Source: a virus
Taxonomy: Duplodnaviria > Caudoviricetes
IMG/VR virus record: IMGVR_UViG_3300032893_000057
Location: 1 to 56,372 of that record
Length of the DNA stretch: 56,372 nt
Direction: 5' to 3' (one strand)
The notes under the pieces are model-generated. The model worked only from the letters and a program-made list of their open reading frames with translations. It was not told the DNA's origin and made no database searches. This document shows, piece by piece, positions 8,591-17,978 of the stretch (position 1 is the first letter of the stretch; each line of letters opens with the position of its first letter). Both the position numbers and the translations under genes were made by a program.

Positions 8591-9321
8591 CGCTGCCCAA
8601 CCCAGACCACCCTGCCCCCTTCTCGGCTGTGATCCTGGAGGTGCTACAAACCATCGTGGACCGAGAGCGGCGGCGCCTCGGTCGCGATCCCCACGTCTGC
8701 GACCCCTTCGCCGGGATCGGGCGCGTGCACCAACTGCGGCGGTGTGTGACTGTGGGTGTCGAGATCGAGCCCGAATGGGTGGCGTGCCATCACCAGACCG
8801 TCCAGGGTGACGCTACTGCTCTACCGCCTGAGTGGGCGGACCGCTTCGACGTTGTCGCCACGTCGCCCGTGTACCCAAACCGCATGACGGATCACCACGA
8901 CGCGCGCGACCCGCACAAGACCTGCGACGGCCAAGGTTGCCCCTCGTGCAAGCAGACGGGCCGGTCACCCCGGAAGGGCTACAAGTTCAGCCTTGGGCGC
9001 GACCCGAGCCCCGGCTCGGCCGCCGTGATGTCCTGGGGGCCGGAGTACCGCAACCTGCACCGCGCGGCCGCTGCGGAGATGCTGCGGGTGCTCACCCCGG
9101 GCGGCCTGGCGGCGATCGACATGAGTGACTCCTTTCGGACACGTGCTGGCCGAGGGCAGGAGCGGATCCCGGCCGTCGAGTGGTGGCGCCAAACACTGGA
9201 GGACGTCGGGTTTCGAGCGGTGGCGGTGTCCGATCCCATCGCTACCCCCAGAATGCGCCGGGGCGCCAACTACGAGGCGCGCGTCGAGGGCGAGCAGGTC
9301 ATCACCGGGAGGAAGCGATGA
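8587..9321 (+). CDS. DNA amino-methyltransferase (m4C/m6A-type)
   Basis: Motif I DPFAGIG; motif IV TSPVY; RVLTPGG. Confidence 0.75.
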   Translation: MTLPNPDHPAPFSAVILEVLQTIVDRERRRLGRDPHVCDPFAGIGRVHQLRRCVTVGVEIEPEWVACHHQTVQGDATALPPEWADRFDVVATSPVYPNRMTDHHDARDPHKTCDGQGCPSCKQTGRSPRKGYKFSLGRDPSPGSAAVMSWGPEYRNLHRAAAAEMLRVLTPGGLAAIDMSDSFRTRAGRGQERIPAVEWWRQTLEDVGFRAVAVSDPIATPRMRRGANYEARVEGEQVITGRKR

Positions 9322-9530
9322 GCGACGCCGTGATGGCTGAGCAAGCGCCGGGACTGTGCCCGTTGTGTGGGAAGGAGACCCCGCACACCAGCAGCCAGTT
9401 CACCTCCCGGCTGTGGGAGATCGAGGGCCAGGTGCAGGCGCTCAAGGGCCAGGCGCAACGGCTGGCATCGGACCTCAGCCGCGTGGCGCTCGACATCAGC
9501 GGCCTGGTGCCCGAGGGGGGAGGCAAGTGA
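9318..9530 (+). CDS. Hypothetical protein
   Basis: SD; ATGA overlap. Confidence 0.6.
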   Translation: MSDAVMAEQAPGLCPLCGKETPHTSSQFTSRLWEIEGQVQALKGQAQRLASDLSRVALDISGLVPEGGGK

Positions 9531-9778
9531 TGCCGATCTTCCACCTGGTCGACGGCGAGATGGTGCTCAAGGTCTGCCCGGCGTGCGGCGAGCCCGCGCC
9601 CGAGCACGTCGAGGGCTGCAAGAAGGCGAAGCCCTGGTCGGTCGTGCCCGAGACGCCGCCGGAGGTCTGCGACTCGTGCGGCGAGGAGATCGAGGAGGGG
9701 TTTGCCGTTTACTGCCAGGACGACATCGACGGCGTGACGATCCGCACCGTCTACTGCGAAGGGTGCTGGTCGCCGTGA
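9530..9778 (+). CDS. Hypothetical zinc-ribbon protein
   Basis: CxxC pairs; SD GGAGG. Confidence 0.65.
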   Translation: MPIFHLVDGEMVLKVCPACGEPAPEHVEGCKKAKPWSVVPETPPEVCDSCGEEIEEGFAVYCQDDIDGVTIRTVYCEGCWSP

Positions 9779-9966
9779 TCTGGGAGGTAAGTGATGACCC
9801 GCCCGTCAAAGAGTGCTTGTACTGGTACTGGTGCTGTGAACACAACTGCGGGCACCTCACCGCAGACCCAGCCATGTCATGGCGGCTCGGATGCCGTCTC
9901 GAAGGCCCGTATGCCACGCTCGCCGACGCCGAACGAGGGGGAGGAGAAGGGAACGGTGAGCGATAG
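9775..9966 (+). CDS. Hypothetical protein
   Basis: GTGA overlap; fills the gap between neighbours. Confidence 0.45.
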   Translation: MIWEVSDDPPVKECLYWYWCCEHNCGHLTADPAMSWRLGCRLEGPYATLADAERGGGEGNGER

Positions 9967-10499
9967 TGACGTTTGACGGCCTGCAACCGCCGTACGCGAC
10001 GATCGTTGTCGATCCGCCGTGGCACTACGCCAAGACGAACGCCGACAAGGACGGCGAGGGCTACCGCGGCCGTGCTGGGCTCGGCTACTCGTCCATGACC
10101 CTGGACGAGATCAAGGGGCTTCCCGTCGGCGACCTGACGAACGACGGCCGCTGCTTCCTGTGGGTCACGAACCGCTACCTCCGTCACGGCTGGGACGTGC
10201 TGGAGGCATGGGGGTTCGGCTGTCAGGACCGGGTGCTTGTGTGGTGCAAGCCGCCTCGTTGCACCACGCCGGTCACCACCGAGTTCGTGCTGATCGGCCG
10301 CAAAGGGAACCCGCCGAAGATGCCCTGGCATGGCACAACGTGGTTCCAGTGGAGCCACCAGGCCGGGCACAGCGTCAAGCCGTCAGCGTTCGGCGACCTT
10401 GTTGAGTCGTGGTGCCCCGGCCCCTACGTCGAACTGTTCGCCCGCTCGCCGCGACTTGGCTGGGACGCGTGGGGCAATGGCTACGAGGCGGCATCGTGA
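9966..10499 (+). CDS. MT-A70-family adenine methyltransferase
   Basis: DPPW; LWVTN; AWGF; HS.KP; ELFAR..GWD.WGN. Confidence 0.92.
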   Translation: MTFDGLQPPYATIVVDPPWHYAKTNADKDGEGYRGRAGLGYSSMTLDEIKGLPVGDLTNDGRCFLWVTNRYLRHGWDVLEAWGFGCQDRVLVWCKPPRCTTPVTTEFVLIGRKGNPPKMPWHGTTWFQWSHQAGHSVKPSAFGDLVESWCPGPYVELFARSPRLGWDAWGNGYEAAS

Positions 10500-10668
10500 A
10501 GGGGAGAACATGACCGAGGCCGATGATGCCTGACTCGTTGTGGGGCCGTCACCCGGTCAGCGGACTGAACGTCGGCACCGGCAGGTACGAGCCGACCGAG
10601 GCGTCACCTTCGGACACCAACCAAACCAACGCCCCGGCCGAGCCCGCCGATGACCCTATCGGGGCGGG

Positions 10669-11004
10669 ATGAGGCGCTCGCCACTGAAGCGAGGGAAGCC
10701 CCTCAAGCGCGGCGCTCCGCTCCGGGCGAAGCACCGGATCAAGCCGGTCAGCGACAAGCGCCGGGTCGAGCGCGAGGACTACCGCGACGCCGTGATGGAG
10801 ATGCACGCCCGCTCGGGGTGGCGCTGCGCGGCCGAGGCCCTCGTGCCCGAGGTGCGCTGCGGCGGCCCTCTCGACCCCCATCACGTCAAGCTGCGCGGCC
10901 CGCACTACGCCGACGCGGAGAGCCTGGCGCAGGTGTGCCGACGGCACCACGACTGGATCACGACCTGGACGCGTGAGGCCCGCAAGCGAGGGCTGCTCGC
11001 GTGA
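10669..11004 (+). CDS. HNH-like nuclease with basic PLKR repeats
   Basis: PLKR repeats; DPHH...VCRRHH.WI. Confidence 0.7.
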   Translation: MRRSPLKRGKPLKRGAPLRAKHRIKPVSDKRRVEREDYRDAVMEMHARSGWRCAAEALVPEVRCGGPLDPHHVKLRGPHYADAESLAQVCRRHHDWITTWTREARKRGLLA

Positions 11005-11390
11005 GCCTCTACGGCAAGCGCCAGTACTGGCGGTACGCCCGCCGGGCGTCGCGTGGCGACGTCTGCCGAACGGCGCTGCACTCCGACCTGTTCGAGCGCG
11101 ACAACCCGGACCTGGTGCTGGCCGAGATCCGACGCGGCTGCATCCAGCCGATCGGGAGCCGCTCGCAGCCGCGGGTGACCAAGCGCCAGGAGCGCGTCGT
11201 CGTGGAGCAGCCCAGGCGGTCCCGGCCGCTGCCGAAGGCCCTCCGCCCCGTCAGCGACGAGGACATGGCCCGGCTCCCGGCCTACGTGCGCGCCGAGATC
11301 GAGCGGCTGCGCGCGCTGGTCGACCCGGCCCGGGCCGAGGTGGTCGTGCTCCCAGAGCCCGCTGCGGCGGCCGAGGAGGGCGTGGCGTGA
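11001..11390 (+). CDS. Hypothetical protein
   Basis: GTGA overlaps. Confidence 0.7.
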   Translation: MSLYGKRQYWRYARRASRGDVCRTALHSDLFERDNPDLVLAEIRRGCIQPIGSRSQPRVTKRQERVVVEQPRRSRPLPKALRPVSDEDMARLPAYVRAEIERLRALVDPARAEVVVLPEPAAAAEEGVA

Positions 11391-11839
11391 ACCAGCCGCT
11401 CCCGGGCATGCGCAGGCCCCAGATGCCCGCCAAGGCGTCGGAGAAGGACTACCAGGACGTCGTCGTGGGCATGGCGGTGAAGATCCTCCACTGGGAGTCG
11501 CACCACGTCTACCCCCTCACCGACAGCCGGGGCAACTGGCGCACCCCGACCTCGGGCACCATGGCGAAGGGCTTCCCCGACTGGATCTTCATCCGGGAGG
11601 ACTGGCAGGTGGCCGTCGAGTTCAAGGGCTTCTCGGCCGACGGCAAGCCGACCCCGACCCAGCCCGGCCAGGAGCGCTGCCTCGACCTGCTGGCGCGCGG
11701 CCCCCAGCACCGCGCCTGGATGCTGCGCCCCACCGACGACTGGGACCTGACCGTGTCGTGGTTCCGCCACCCATGGACGGCGCCCCGCACCTACGGCTAC
11801 GAGTCCGCGCTCGGGCGCAACCTGGACGTCCGACTTTGA
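11387..11839 (+). CDS. VRR-NUC-like PD-(D/E)xK nuclease
   Basis: SEKDYQ...GFPD...VEFK...Q..L. Confidence 0.75.
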   Translation: MNQPLPGMRRPQMPAKASEKDYQDVVVGMAVKILHWESHHVYPLTDSRGNWRTPTSGTMAKGFPDWIFIREDWQVAVEFKGFSADGKPTPTQPGQERCLDLLARGPQHRAWMLRPTDDWDLTVSWFRHPWTAPRTYGYESALGRNLDVRL

Positions 11840-11842
11840 GAC

Positions 11843-11857
11843 CTACCGTGGTAGGGT
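11843..11857 (+). promoter_or_regulatory. Operator CTACCGTGGTAG overlapping -10 TAGGGT
   Basis: Intergenic palindrome. Confidence 0.7.
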
Positions 11858-11888
11858 CACGAGAACCGCACCCTTCGAGGAGGACCCC

Positions 11889-12371
11889 ATGGCGAGAGGC
11901 CGCAACACCGAGGACGACGAGCCCCGCCAGGTCATGAGCGACGACCTGCTCGCTGCCCTGCTCGACAACAAGCTGACGCCGTTCGAGGGCCGGGACGTCA
12001 TCAAGTCGACGATCGTGATCAAGAAGGCGGGCGACGGGCTGTCCCAGCCGCTCCAGTTCCGCCCGGTCGAGTTGATCGAGGGCCAGGAGGTCTTCGTCCT
12101 GCTCCGCACCGTGGTGGACAACGTCAGCTTCCCCCGGATCAAGGACACCGAGGCGTCGGCCCGCAAGCACGACCTGGTCACCCTCCAGGCATGCACCCCG
12201 GACCGGGAGTGGGCCGAGGAGCAGTTCCGGCTGGCCGACGCCGAGGTCCAGAGCCTTCGGGAGGAGGCCGTCGGTCTCCAGGCCCAGCGCGAGCGCGAGG
12301 AACGCATCGCCCGCGGCGAGTTGAACCTCGACGACGCCATGGAGGATGCCGACGGCGCTGGCGATGCCTGA
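11889..12371 (+). CDS. Phage hypothetical protein
   Basis: SD GAGGAGG; GC3 bias. Confidence 0.8.
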   Translation: MARGRNTEDDEPRQVMSDDLLAALLDNKLTPFEGRDVIKSTIVIKKAGDGLSQPLQFRPVELIEGQEVFVLLRTVVDNVSFPRIKDTEASARKHDLVTLQACTPDREWAEEQFRLADAEVQSLREEAVGLQAQREREERIARGELNLDDAMEDADGAGDA

Positions 12372-12612
12372 GTTCTCCGCTGAGGTGCTTGCCCTCAAGC
12401 GGGAGCTACAGGCCGTCCAGGGGCGCCTGGACCAGGTGAAGCGCCAGGACAAGGCGCTGCGCGCCCGGCGCCGTGACATCGAGAAGATCCTCCTGGAGGT
12501 GCACGAGATCGACCGGGCCGAGGTCGGCCGGTGGGTGGGTGTGACGTCGATGGCGATCGAGTTCGACGTCTACGGGCGCAAGGGCCGGTCACCGAGGGCT
12601 GCCGCGGGCTGA
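12364..12612 (+). CDS. Small coiled-coil/HTH-like protein
   Basis: RAEVGRWVGVTSMAI resembles an HTH. Confidence 0.6.
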   Translation: MPEFSAEVLALKRELQAVQGRLDQVKRQDKALRARRRDIEKILLEVHEIDRAEVGRWVGVTSMAIEFDVYGRKGRSPRAAAG

Positions 12613-12630
12613 AGAATCTCCTCGGGAGGG

Positions 12631-12657
12631 CTAAAGGCCCGGGCCTGGGCTGCCGAT
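12631..12657 (+). promoter_or_regulatory. sigma28/FliA-type promoter
   Basis: CTAAAG-N15-GCCGAT-N9-ATG. Confidence 0.8.
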
Positions 12658-12666
12658 GGATAGGGC

Positions 12667-13029
12667 ATGTCCAGCCCCATCACAGATCCCGAGGCCTATC
12701 TGGCCGAGTACCAGGCGAAGTACCAGGCGGCGCTGGCCGCGGTCCCCACGATGCGGACGACCCAGGTCGTCGACACGGGGGACGGCCCGCTCGTCGTCAA
12801 CCACGTCGAGTACGGCGTGGTGCCCGTCGAGGAGGTCCTCGCGGGGACGGCGGCCGCTGAGACGGTCACGCTGACCGAGGACGGCCGTTCGGCCAACCGC
12901 GTGGCGTGGCACGAGGGCCCGGCGGCCGACGCCGACTGGGTCCGCTACGAGCGCTGGCAGGTGGGCGCCGGTCGTGTCGCCCATGGGTTCGTGCATCGAG
13001 GCTCTCGGAAGCTGCTCCAGGTCGGATGA
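12667..13029 (+). CDS. Hypothetical protein, sigma28-type promoter
   Basis: GC3 bias; promoter spacing. Confidence 0.8.
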   Translation: MSSPITDPEAYLAEYQAKYQAALAAVPTMRTTQVVDTGDGPLVVNHVEYGVVPVEEVLAGTAAAETVTLTEDGRSANRVAWHEGPAADADWVRYERWQVGAGRVAHGFVHRGSRKLLQVG

Positions 13030-13517
13030 CCTACGAGTTCCGCGTGGGCCAGCATCGGGCGGTCGTCGATGACGTAGATGTCCCGCTGGTGCTGGCCCAC
13101 ACATGGCACGCCAACCCTGGCGCACACACGATCTACGTCCGGACCCAGGTCGCCGGACGCAAGGTCTATCTGCACGCTCTGATCCTTCCGAGCGCCGTCC
13201 AAGTCGATCACGTGGACCGCAACGGCCTCAACAACCGTCGGTCGAACCTGCGCCCGGCGGCTCAACGTCTCAACGCCGCGAACCAGCCCGGGAGGCTGGT
13301 GCAAGGCGGGCGGCAGACGACGTCGCGGTTCAAGGGAGTCTCTTGGGACCGGGTCGCTGGGCGCTGGCGCGCGCAAGTCACCGTGGACGGGCGCATGCGG
13401 TACCTGGGCCGGTTCGCTGACGAGGTGGCCGCGGCCCAGGCTTACGACGCCGCGGCCCTCGGTATCTGGGGCGAGTTTGCAGCGCTCAACTTCTTGCCCG
13501 GACCTTCCGATACATGA
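13026..13517 (+). CDS. HNH endonuclease with AP2 domain
   Basis: VDHVDRNGLNNRRSNLR; SRFKGVSW...WRAQ...YLG.F..E..AA.AYD.AA. Confidence 0.92.
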   Translation: MTYEFRVGQHRAVVDDVDVPLVLAHTWHANPGAHTIYVRTQVAGRKVYLHALILPSAVQVDHVDRNGLNNRRSNLRPAAQRLNAANQPGRLVQGGRQTTSRFKGVSWDRVAGRWRAQVTVDGRMRYLGRFADEVAAAQAYDAAALGIWGEFAALNFLPGPSDT

Positions 13518-13547
13518 CTGTCATACCCCCCCTGTACCGTCATCAAC

Positions 13548-13564
13548 GTCTACCACGGTAGACT
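13548..13564 (+). promoter_or_regulatory. Operator GTCTACCACGGTAGAC overlapping -10 TAGACT
   Basis: Intergenic palindrome. Confidence 0.75.
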
Positions 13565-13590
13565 CAACCCACCCGAAAGGACCGCTACCC

Positions 13591-14823
13591 ATGACCATCA
13601 CCGACACCGTCAACGACATCCCCGTCTCCATGCGCAACGCAGGGCTCGGGGACATCGCCGGGCTCCTCAAGGTCCAGCACAACCTGAAGAAGGACCTCGT
13701 CGTCCCGGCCTCCCGTCTGCGGGTCAGCAACGGCCTCGTCTTCGCCGACCCCGAGAACCCCGACGCCGCCCCGATCGGCCCCTTCCGGCCGACCGAGATC
13801 TTCGACGGCTGCGTCGCCGACAAGCTGAACATCCCCGTGAAGTACCTGCGCAAGATGCGCGACGAGCGGGTCGACCTCTACGACGCCAACGTCAACGGCT
13901 GGCTGCACGGCCGCGAGGCCCGCTGGGGCGAGAACGGCACGCCCGCCGACCCCCGGAACTTCTTCGTCCGGCTCTTCACGAACCCCGAGCCGCTGGGCAT
14001 GGGCGTGGCCCGCTCCCTGCACTCGGACAAGTACAAGCCGATGGACAACCTCGACACCCTGCTCGCCCTCCTGGACGGGTGCAAGGGCCTCGACATCGAG
14101 GTCCTGAACGCCGACCTGACCGAGCGCCAGATGGTGGTCCGGCTGGTCTCGCCGTCCATCACGGCTTTCGCCCCCGAACTGCTCGCCAACTACCGCAGCC
14201 CGGTGAACCGTGAGCAGCCCGGCTGGTCGATCGAGTCGGCCCGGCGCGCTGCGGCCGCCGAGGGCCTGGGCTACCCGCCCGGTCAGGAGCCCATCCTCTT
14301 CGCTGGGCTCGTGGCGACCAACTCCGAGACCGGCATGGGCAAGTGGCGGATCGGCCCCGAGGTCCGGGTGAAGATCTGCGGCAACGGGCTCGTGCTGACC
14401 GAGCACTTCATCGAGTCGACCCACCTGGGCGGCCGGATGGAGGAGGGCGTCATCGAGTGGTCCGGTGAGACCAAGCAGAAGCAGGTCGAACTGATCCGCT
14501 CCCAGACGGCCGACGCGGTCCGCCAGTACCTCAACCCCGAGTTCCTCCGCTCGGCCGTCGCCAAGCTGACCGAGACGGCCGGGGTCGAGATCGCCGAGCC
14601 CCAGAAGACCATCGTCGAGGTCTCCAAGCAGCTTCGGTTCTCCGACGAGGAGGCCGAGGGGATCCTGGCCCACTTCATCAAGGGCGGCCAGGTGACCACC
14701 GGAGGCGTCATGCAGGCCGTGTCCAGCTACGCCCAGGAGGTCGCCAACCCCGACGCCGCCTGGGACCTGGAGCGCCAGGCCGTCGACGCCATGCGCGTCG
14801 CCGCCAAGCTGGTGAAGGCCTAG
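13591..14823 (+). CDS. DUF932-like phage protein
   Basis: KL.IP..Y..K; RSL.SD.Y...DN; NSETG.G...ICGNG...THLG. Confidence 0.75.
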   Translation: MTITDTVNDIPVSMRNAGLGDIAGLLKVQHNLKKDLVVPASRLRVSNGLVFADPENPDAAPIGPFRPTEIFDGCVADKLNIPVKYLRKMRDERVDLYDANVNGWLHGREARWGENGTPADPRNFFVRLFTNPEPLGMGVARSLHSDKYKPMDNLDTLLALLDGCKGLDIEVLNADLTERQMVVRLVSPSITAFAPELLANYRSPVNREQPGWSIESARRAAAAEGLGYPPGQEPILFAGLVATNSETGMGKWRIGPEVRVKICGNGLVLTEHFIESTHLGGRMEEGVIEWSGETKQKQVELIRSQTADAVRQYLNPEFLRSAVAKLTETAGVEIAEPQKTIVEVSKQLRFSDEEAEGILAHFIKGGQVTTGGVMQAVSSYAQEVANPDAAWDLERQAVDAMRVAAKLVKA

Positions 14824-14826
14824 ATC

Positions 14827-14878
14827 GCCGCCCCGGGGAGGCAGGGGGCCCCGCTCGCTCCTGGCCTCCCCGGGCGGC
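14827..14878 (+). terminator. GC-rich stem-loop after the DUF932-like gene
   Basis: GCCGCCCCGGGGAGGC...GCCTCCCCGGGCGGC; no U-tract. Confidence 0.55.
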
Positions 14879-14901
14879 ACTCTCAGGGATGGTGACCCGA
14901 G

Positions 14902-15504
14902 ATGCCCCGAGGAACCCGAGCAGTCCCGGCTGATGAGTCGGAGCTATCCGAGAACCTGCACCACCGCCACGACACGAACACCCACACGTTCGTCAGCCCG
15001 CTCGTGGACGTCCTGGACGTCACGTGCTGGTGCGAGAGGGCCATCGTGCGGGTGGCCCAGTACACGGTCCGCTGGGAGGGCCTGACGGTCTCCTGCGGGC
15101 GCTTCGACTGCGAGCCCCCCGAGGGCGTCGAGGCCGTCACCGTCGGTCCGGTCGTGGCGAAGGAGATGAGCGACGTCGGCAGCAAGGTCCGCTCCGGCGG
15201 CTACCTGTCGACGCTGATCACCGAGCGCTACGAGCGGTCCGAGTGGGCGCAGCGCAAGGCCGAGCGCGGCGGCTACGTCCAGCGGGTGCTGCCACGGCCC
15301 CCCGGGTCTCCCCGCCGCCGCGGCCCGAGCCCCGTGGTCGCCGAGCGCCGGGACCGGGTGGCGGTGCTCTGGCGCGCCGGGTGGCGGGCGAAGGACATCG
15401 CCGAGAAGCTGGGCATGTCGGTCAGCCTCGTCCAGAGCGACGTGCTGCTCCTCCAGGGCGGCGGCCAACTTTCCCGGCGGTACCGGCTCAAGTCCTCGGG
15501 CTGA
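14902..15504 (+). CDS. Protein with C-terminal HTH
   Basis: RR..V..L...G...KDIAEKLGMSVSLVQSD. Confidence 0.7.
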   Translation: MPRGTRAVPADESELSENLHHRHDTNTHTFVSPLVDVLDVTCWCERAIVRVAQYTVRWEGLTVSCGRFDCEPPEGVEAVTVGPVVAKEMSDVGSKVRSGGYLSTLITERYERSEWAQRKAERGGYVQRVLPRPPGSPRRRGPSPVVAERRDRVAVLWRAGWRAKDIAEKLGMSVSLVQSDVLLLQGGGQLSRRYRLKSSG

Positions 15505-15513
15505 CCTGCCGAT
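15487..15513 (+). promoter_or_regulatory. sigma28/FliA-type promoter
   Basis: CTCAAG-N15-GCCGAT-N9-ATG. Confidence 0.8.
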
Positions 15514-15522
15514 GGAAGAGGC

Positions 15523-15942
15523 ATGACCACTTCCCCCGAACTCAAGCGCCACCTCGACCGCCACGCGACCCGCCCTCAGAAGGGCTGCCGCTTCTGTGAG
15601 GCCGTCCGGGCCTTCGACGACAGCGGCAAGCTGATCGTCCGAGAGCCGGTCCCGGCCCCCACCCTCGTCGCCACGAAGGCGACCGTCCTCGGCCCCGCCC
15701 CCTTCGGCGGGACCATCACGACCACCCTCGACGACGTGATGCTCGACCGGGCGCTCGCCGCGGGCGGCACGATCGTCGATGTCTGGAACGTCTTCCGGTC
15801 CTACGACGGCACGCTCCGCACCGAGAACCTGGACGGCTCCCCCCGGCGCAGCCAGGCCCTTCCCAGGCCGATCCCCCGCTCGCAGGGCGGCCTTCGCGTG
15901 GTCGGGATCACGTTCACGCCAGAAACCCCGGCCGAGGCCTAA
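15523..15942 (+). CDS. Hypothetical protein, sigma28-type promoter
   Basis: Promoter spacing; GC3 bias. Confidence 0.75.
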   Translation: MTTSPELKRHLDRHATRPQKGCRFCEAVRAFDDSGKLIVREPVPAPTLVATKATVLGPAPFGGTITTTLDDVMLDRALAAGGTIVDVWNVFRSYDGTLRTENLDGSPRRSQALPRPIPRSQGGLRVVGITFTPETPAEA

Positions 15943-15965
15943 AGCCCGGCGCCGAGCCTGCCGAA
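15939..15965 (+). promoter_or_regulatory. sigma28/FliA-type promoter
   Basis: CTAAAG-N15-GCCGAA-N9-ATG. Confidence 0.75.
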
Positions 15966-15974
15966 GCAAGAGAC

Positions 15975-16079
15975 ATGACCACCACCGCAGCCCTCATCGA
16001 ACTGGCCGAGATCGCCGACCCCGAGCGGGCGGCGGCGCTGGCCCTGCTGGCCGAACTCGCCCAGGGCGAGGCGGCCTGA
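15975..16079 (+). CDS. 34-aa microprotein
   Basis: MTTTAALIELAEIADPERAAALALLAELAQGEAA; has its own promoter; followed by a hairpin. Confidence 0.6.
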   Translation: MTTTAALIELAEIADPERAAALALLAELAQGEAA

Positions 16080-16087
16080 TCCACCGG

Positions 16088-16139
16088 GGAGCCGCCCACA
16101 CGAGGGCCGACGCAGCCAAGGTCGGCCAGGGCGGCTCCC
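16088..16139 (+). terminator. Stem-loop
   Basis: GGGAGCCGCCC...GGCCGAC/GTCGGCC...GGGCGGCTCCC. Confidence 0.45.
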
Positions 16140-16182
16140 GCCAGTCCCACACCCAACCCACCCCCCCCGAAAGGACCCCACC

Positions 16183-16503
16183 ATGTTCCGCCACCACCGC
16201 ACCGAGTTCGGCGACATCGACCCGGACACCCTCCCCCCCGTGACCGAGGCCGAGAAGGCCGAGCGCGGGTTCGACTTCCTCGTCCGGGTCGGCATCACCC
16301 CGGTCGCCCCGGTCTCGCCTGAGGCGATCGTGGCCGAGATCGTCGACGAGGCCCCGTGTGGCCGCCACTCCAACGGCGAGGTCGTCGGCGACGAACCGAC
16401 GAAGCGGCCGCCCCGGTTCCGCGCCGCTCCCGTCCTGGAGGACGGCACCCCCACCACGGCCGAGGACCTGCGGCCGCTCGTGTTCACGATGGGCCGCGCC
16501 TGA
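16183..16503 (+). CDS. Hypothetical protein
   Basis: SD GAAAGGA. Confidence 0.75.
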   Translation: MFRHHRTEFGDIDPDTLPPVTEAEKAERGFDFLVRVGITPVAPVSPEAIVAEIVDEAPCGRHSNGEVVGDEPTKRPPRFRAAPVLEDGTPTTAEDLRPLVFTMGRA

Positions 16504-16721
16504 TGGCGCTCCCGACGGCGCCTGACCCGAAGGCCCAGCGCCGCGACCGCCTCTTCGCCCAGGCGATGGAGCACACGATGGGCGACCTGGAGATCATGGG
16601 CCTGCTCTTCGTGCCGCCCTGGGTGGGCGACGCCATCATCGACGAGGCCCGGCGTCGCGCCGACCTCTGGGTCGTGTGCGAGGAGATCGTCGACCAGGCT
16701 GCTCGCAGCCTCGGCGCGTAG
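16503..16721 (+). CDS. Hypothetical protein
   Basis: TGATG overlap. Confidence 0.7.
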   Translation: MALPTAPDPKAQRRDRLFAQAMEHTMGDLEIMGLLFVPPWVGDAIIDEARRRADLWVVCEEIVDQAARSLGA

Positions 16722-16832
16722 CGGACGTTTAGTCACCGAGGTGCCTGGGTAACGGCGGTAGAGTCGGGACATCCCCGATGTTCGACCACGCCCCTCAAGC
16801 ACAGTGGGGGTGGGGCTGGGCCTCTTTGAGGG

Positions 16833-17294
16833 GTGCCCCTGATGATCGACCGCAAGTTCCGCTCCCCCGAGGCAGTGCGTCTGGCGAGGATCACCTACCG
16901 CCAGTTGGACTACTGGGCGCGCATCGGGCTCGTCCGCCCGACGGAAGGCCACGGCGACGGCTGCGGCTCGATCCGGCTCTACAGCTACCGGGACGTCTTC
17001 GACCTCTTCCTGGTCGCGCGCTTCGCCCATGCCGGGATGAGCCTCCAGCGCTGCCGCGCCATGATCGACGTGCTGCACCAGGCCGAGATGGAGGAGGGCG
17101 AGGACCCCTACACGGGCACGCTGGTGATCGAGGAGGGCTGCCCGCCCCGCCTGGTCTCCCCGAGGGCGATGACCCGGGCACTGCGGGAGAGCGGCGCGGC
17201 CTTCGTCGTGCTCCTGCCTCGGCTGGAGGAGATCTTCGACGAGCGGGTCATGGAAGTGGCCCCAGGCTGGCTGGAGAGTGAACGCTCGGCCTAA
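16833..17294 (+). CDS. MerR-family HTH regulator
   Basis: ITYRQLDYWAR.GLV.P....G.GS.RLYSY.D...GMSLQ. Confidence 0.88.
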   Translation: MPLMIDRKFRSPEAVRLARITYRQLDYWARIGLVRPTEGHGDGCGSIRLYSYRDVFDLFLVARFAHAGMSLQRCRAMIDVLHQAEMEEGEDPYTGTLVIEEGCPPRLVSPRAMTRALRESGAAFVVLLPRLEEIFDERVMEVAPGWLESERSA

Positions 17295-17299
17295 GCCGG

Positions 17300-17917
17300 T
17301 TGCGCACGATGTCGCCGACCCGTACGGTTTTGGGTGATGCCGCCGCCCTGAGGGGAGTCACCGTGCCCACCGCCGTACCGATCGACCAGCTTGCCCTCGG
17401 GTGCTCGCTGAGCCGGTGGGCTGGTGAGCCGGACCGCTGCCGCTGGTGCAACGAGCCCCTGGTGGGCGCCCAGGTCTCCTGGTGCTCCTCGACGTGCCGC
17501 ACCCGCTTCACGGTCAACCACGTCTGGCGCCACGCCCGGGGTGCGGCGCTGATGCGGGGCGGGTGGTCCTGCGACCTCTGCTGGCGCGGCCAGGCCGCTG
17601 ACGCCCTGCTCCACGTGCTGCTGCCGACCATGAGCCGCTCCGACTGGCGTCACTGGCCCGCCACCGACCCCGCCCTGGCCGCCGCCTGGTGGGAGTTCAC
17701 CACCCCGCGCCTGGAGGTGGACCACATCGAGCCGATCTGGGGCGACCGCGGCCCCGGCTGCCAGCACCACGCCACCGGGCTGCGCGTCCTCTGCGCCGAG
17801 TGCCACAAGGCCGAGACGGCCCGCTGGAGGGCCGTGCGTCGCGCGATGAAGGATGCCTTCGACCTCGACATCGCGACGCCCGTAGCGGCCCCAGGGGAGG
17901 CTGTCCCGGCTGCCTGA
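17300..17917 (+). CDS. HNH endonuclease (start uncertain)
   Basis: CRWC...WCSSTC; LEVDHIEP...LRVLCAECHKAET. Confidence 0.8.
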   Translation: MRTMSPTRTVLGDAAALRGVTVPTAVPIDQLALGCSLSRWAGEPDRCRWCNEPLVGAQVSWCSSTCRTRFTVNHVWRHARGAALMRGGWSCDLCWRGQAADALLHVLLPTMSRSDWRHWPATDPALAAAWWEFTTPRLEVDHIEPIWGDRGPGCQHHATGLRVLCAECHKAETARWRAVRRAMKDAFDLDIATPVAAPGEAVPAA

Positions 17918-17939
17918 GCCATCCGTCACGCCCCCGGCT

Positions 17940-17954
17940 CTACCATGGTAGGGT
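17940..17954 (+). promoter_or_regulatory. Operator CTACCATGGTAG overlapping -10 TAGGGT
   Basis: Intergenic perfect palindrome. Confidence 0.7.
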
Positions 17955-17978
17955 CAGGGGGCGGACGGGAGGAGCAGC

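Noticed and set aside
8587-10499. Restriction-modification system
   Set aside because: The two methyltransferases have no convincing cognate restriction enzyme; orphan anti-restriction methyltransferases are common in phages.
14925-14960. Hammerhead-like CTGATGAG-stem(TCGGA/TCCGA)-GAAC
   Set aside because: It lacks the closing pair and GAAA core, I found no stems I/III, and it lies inside a CDS.
16791-16835. CTCAAG upstream of the MerR gene as a sigma28 promoter
   Set aside because: There is no GCCGAW at the right distance; it is one arm of a CCCCTCAA/TTGAGGGG inverted repeat.
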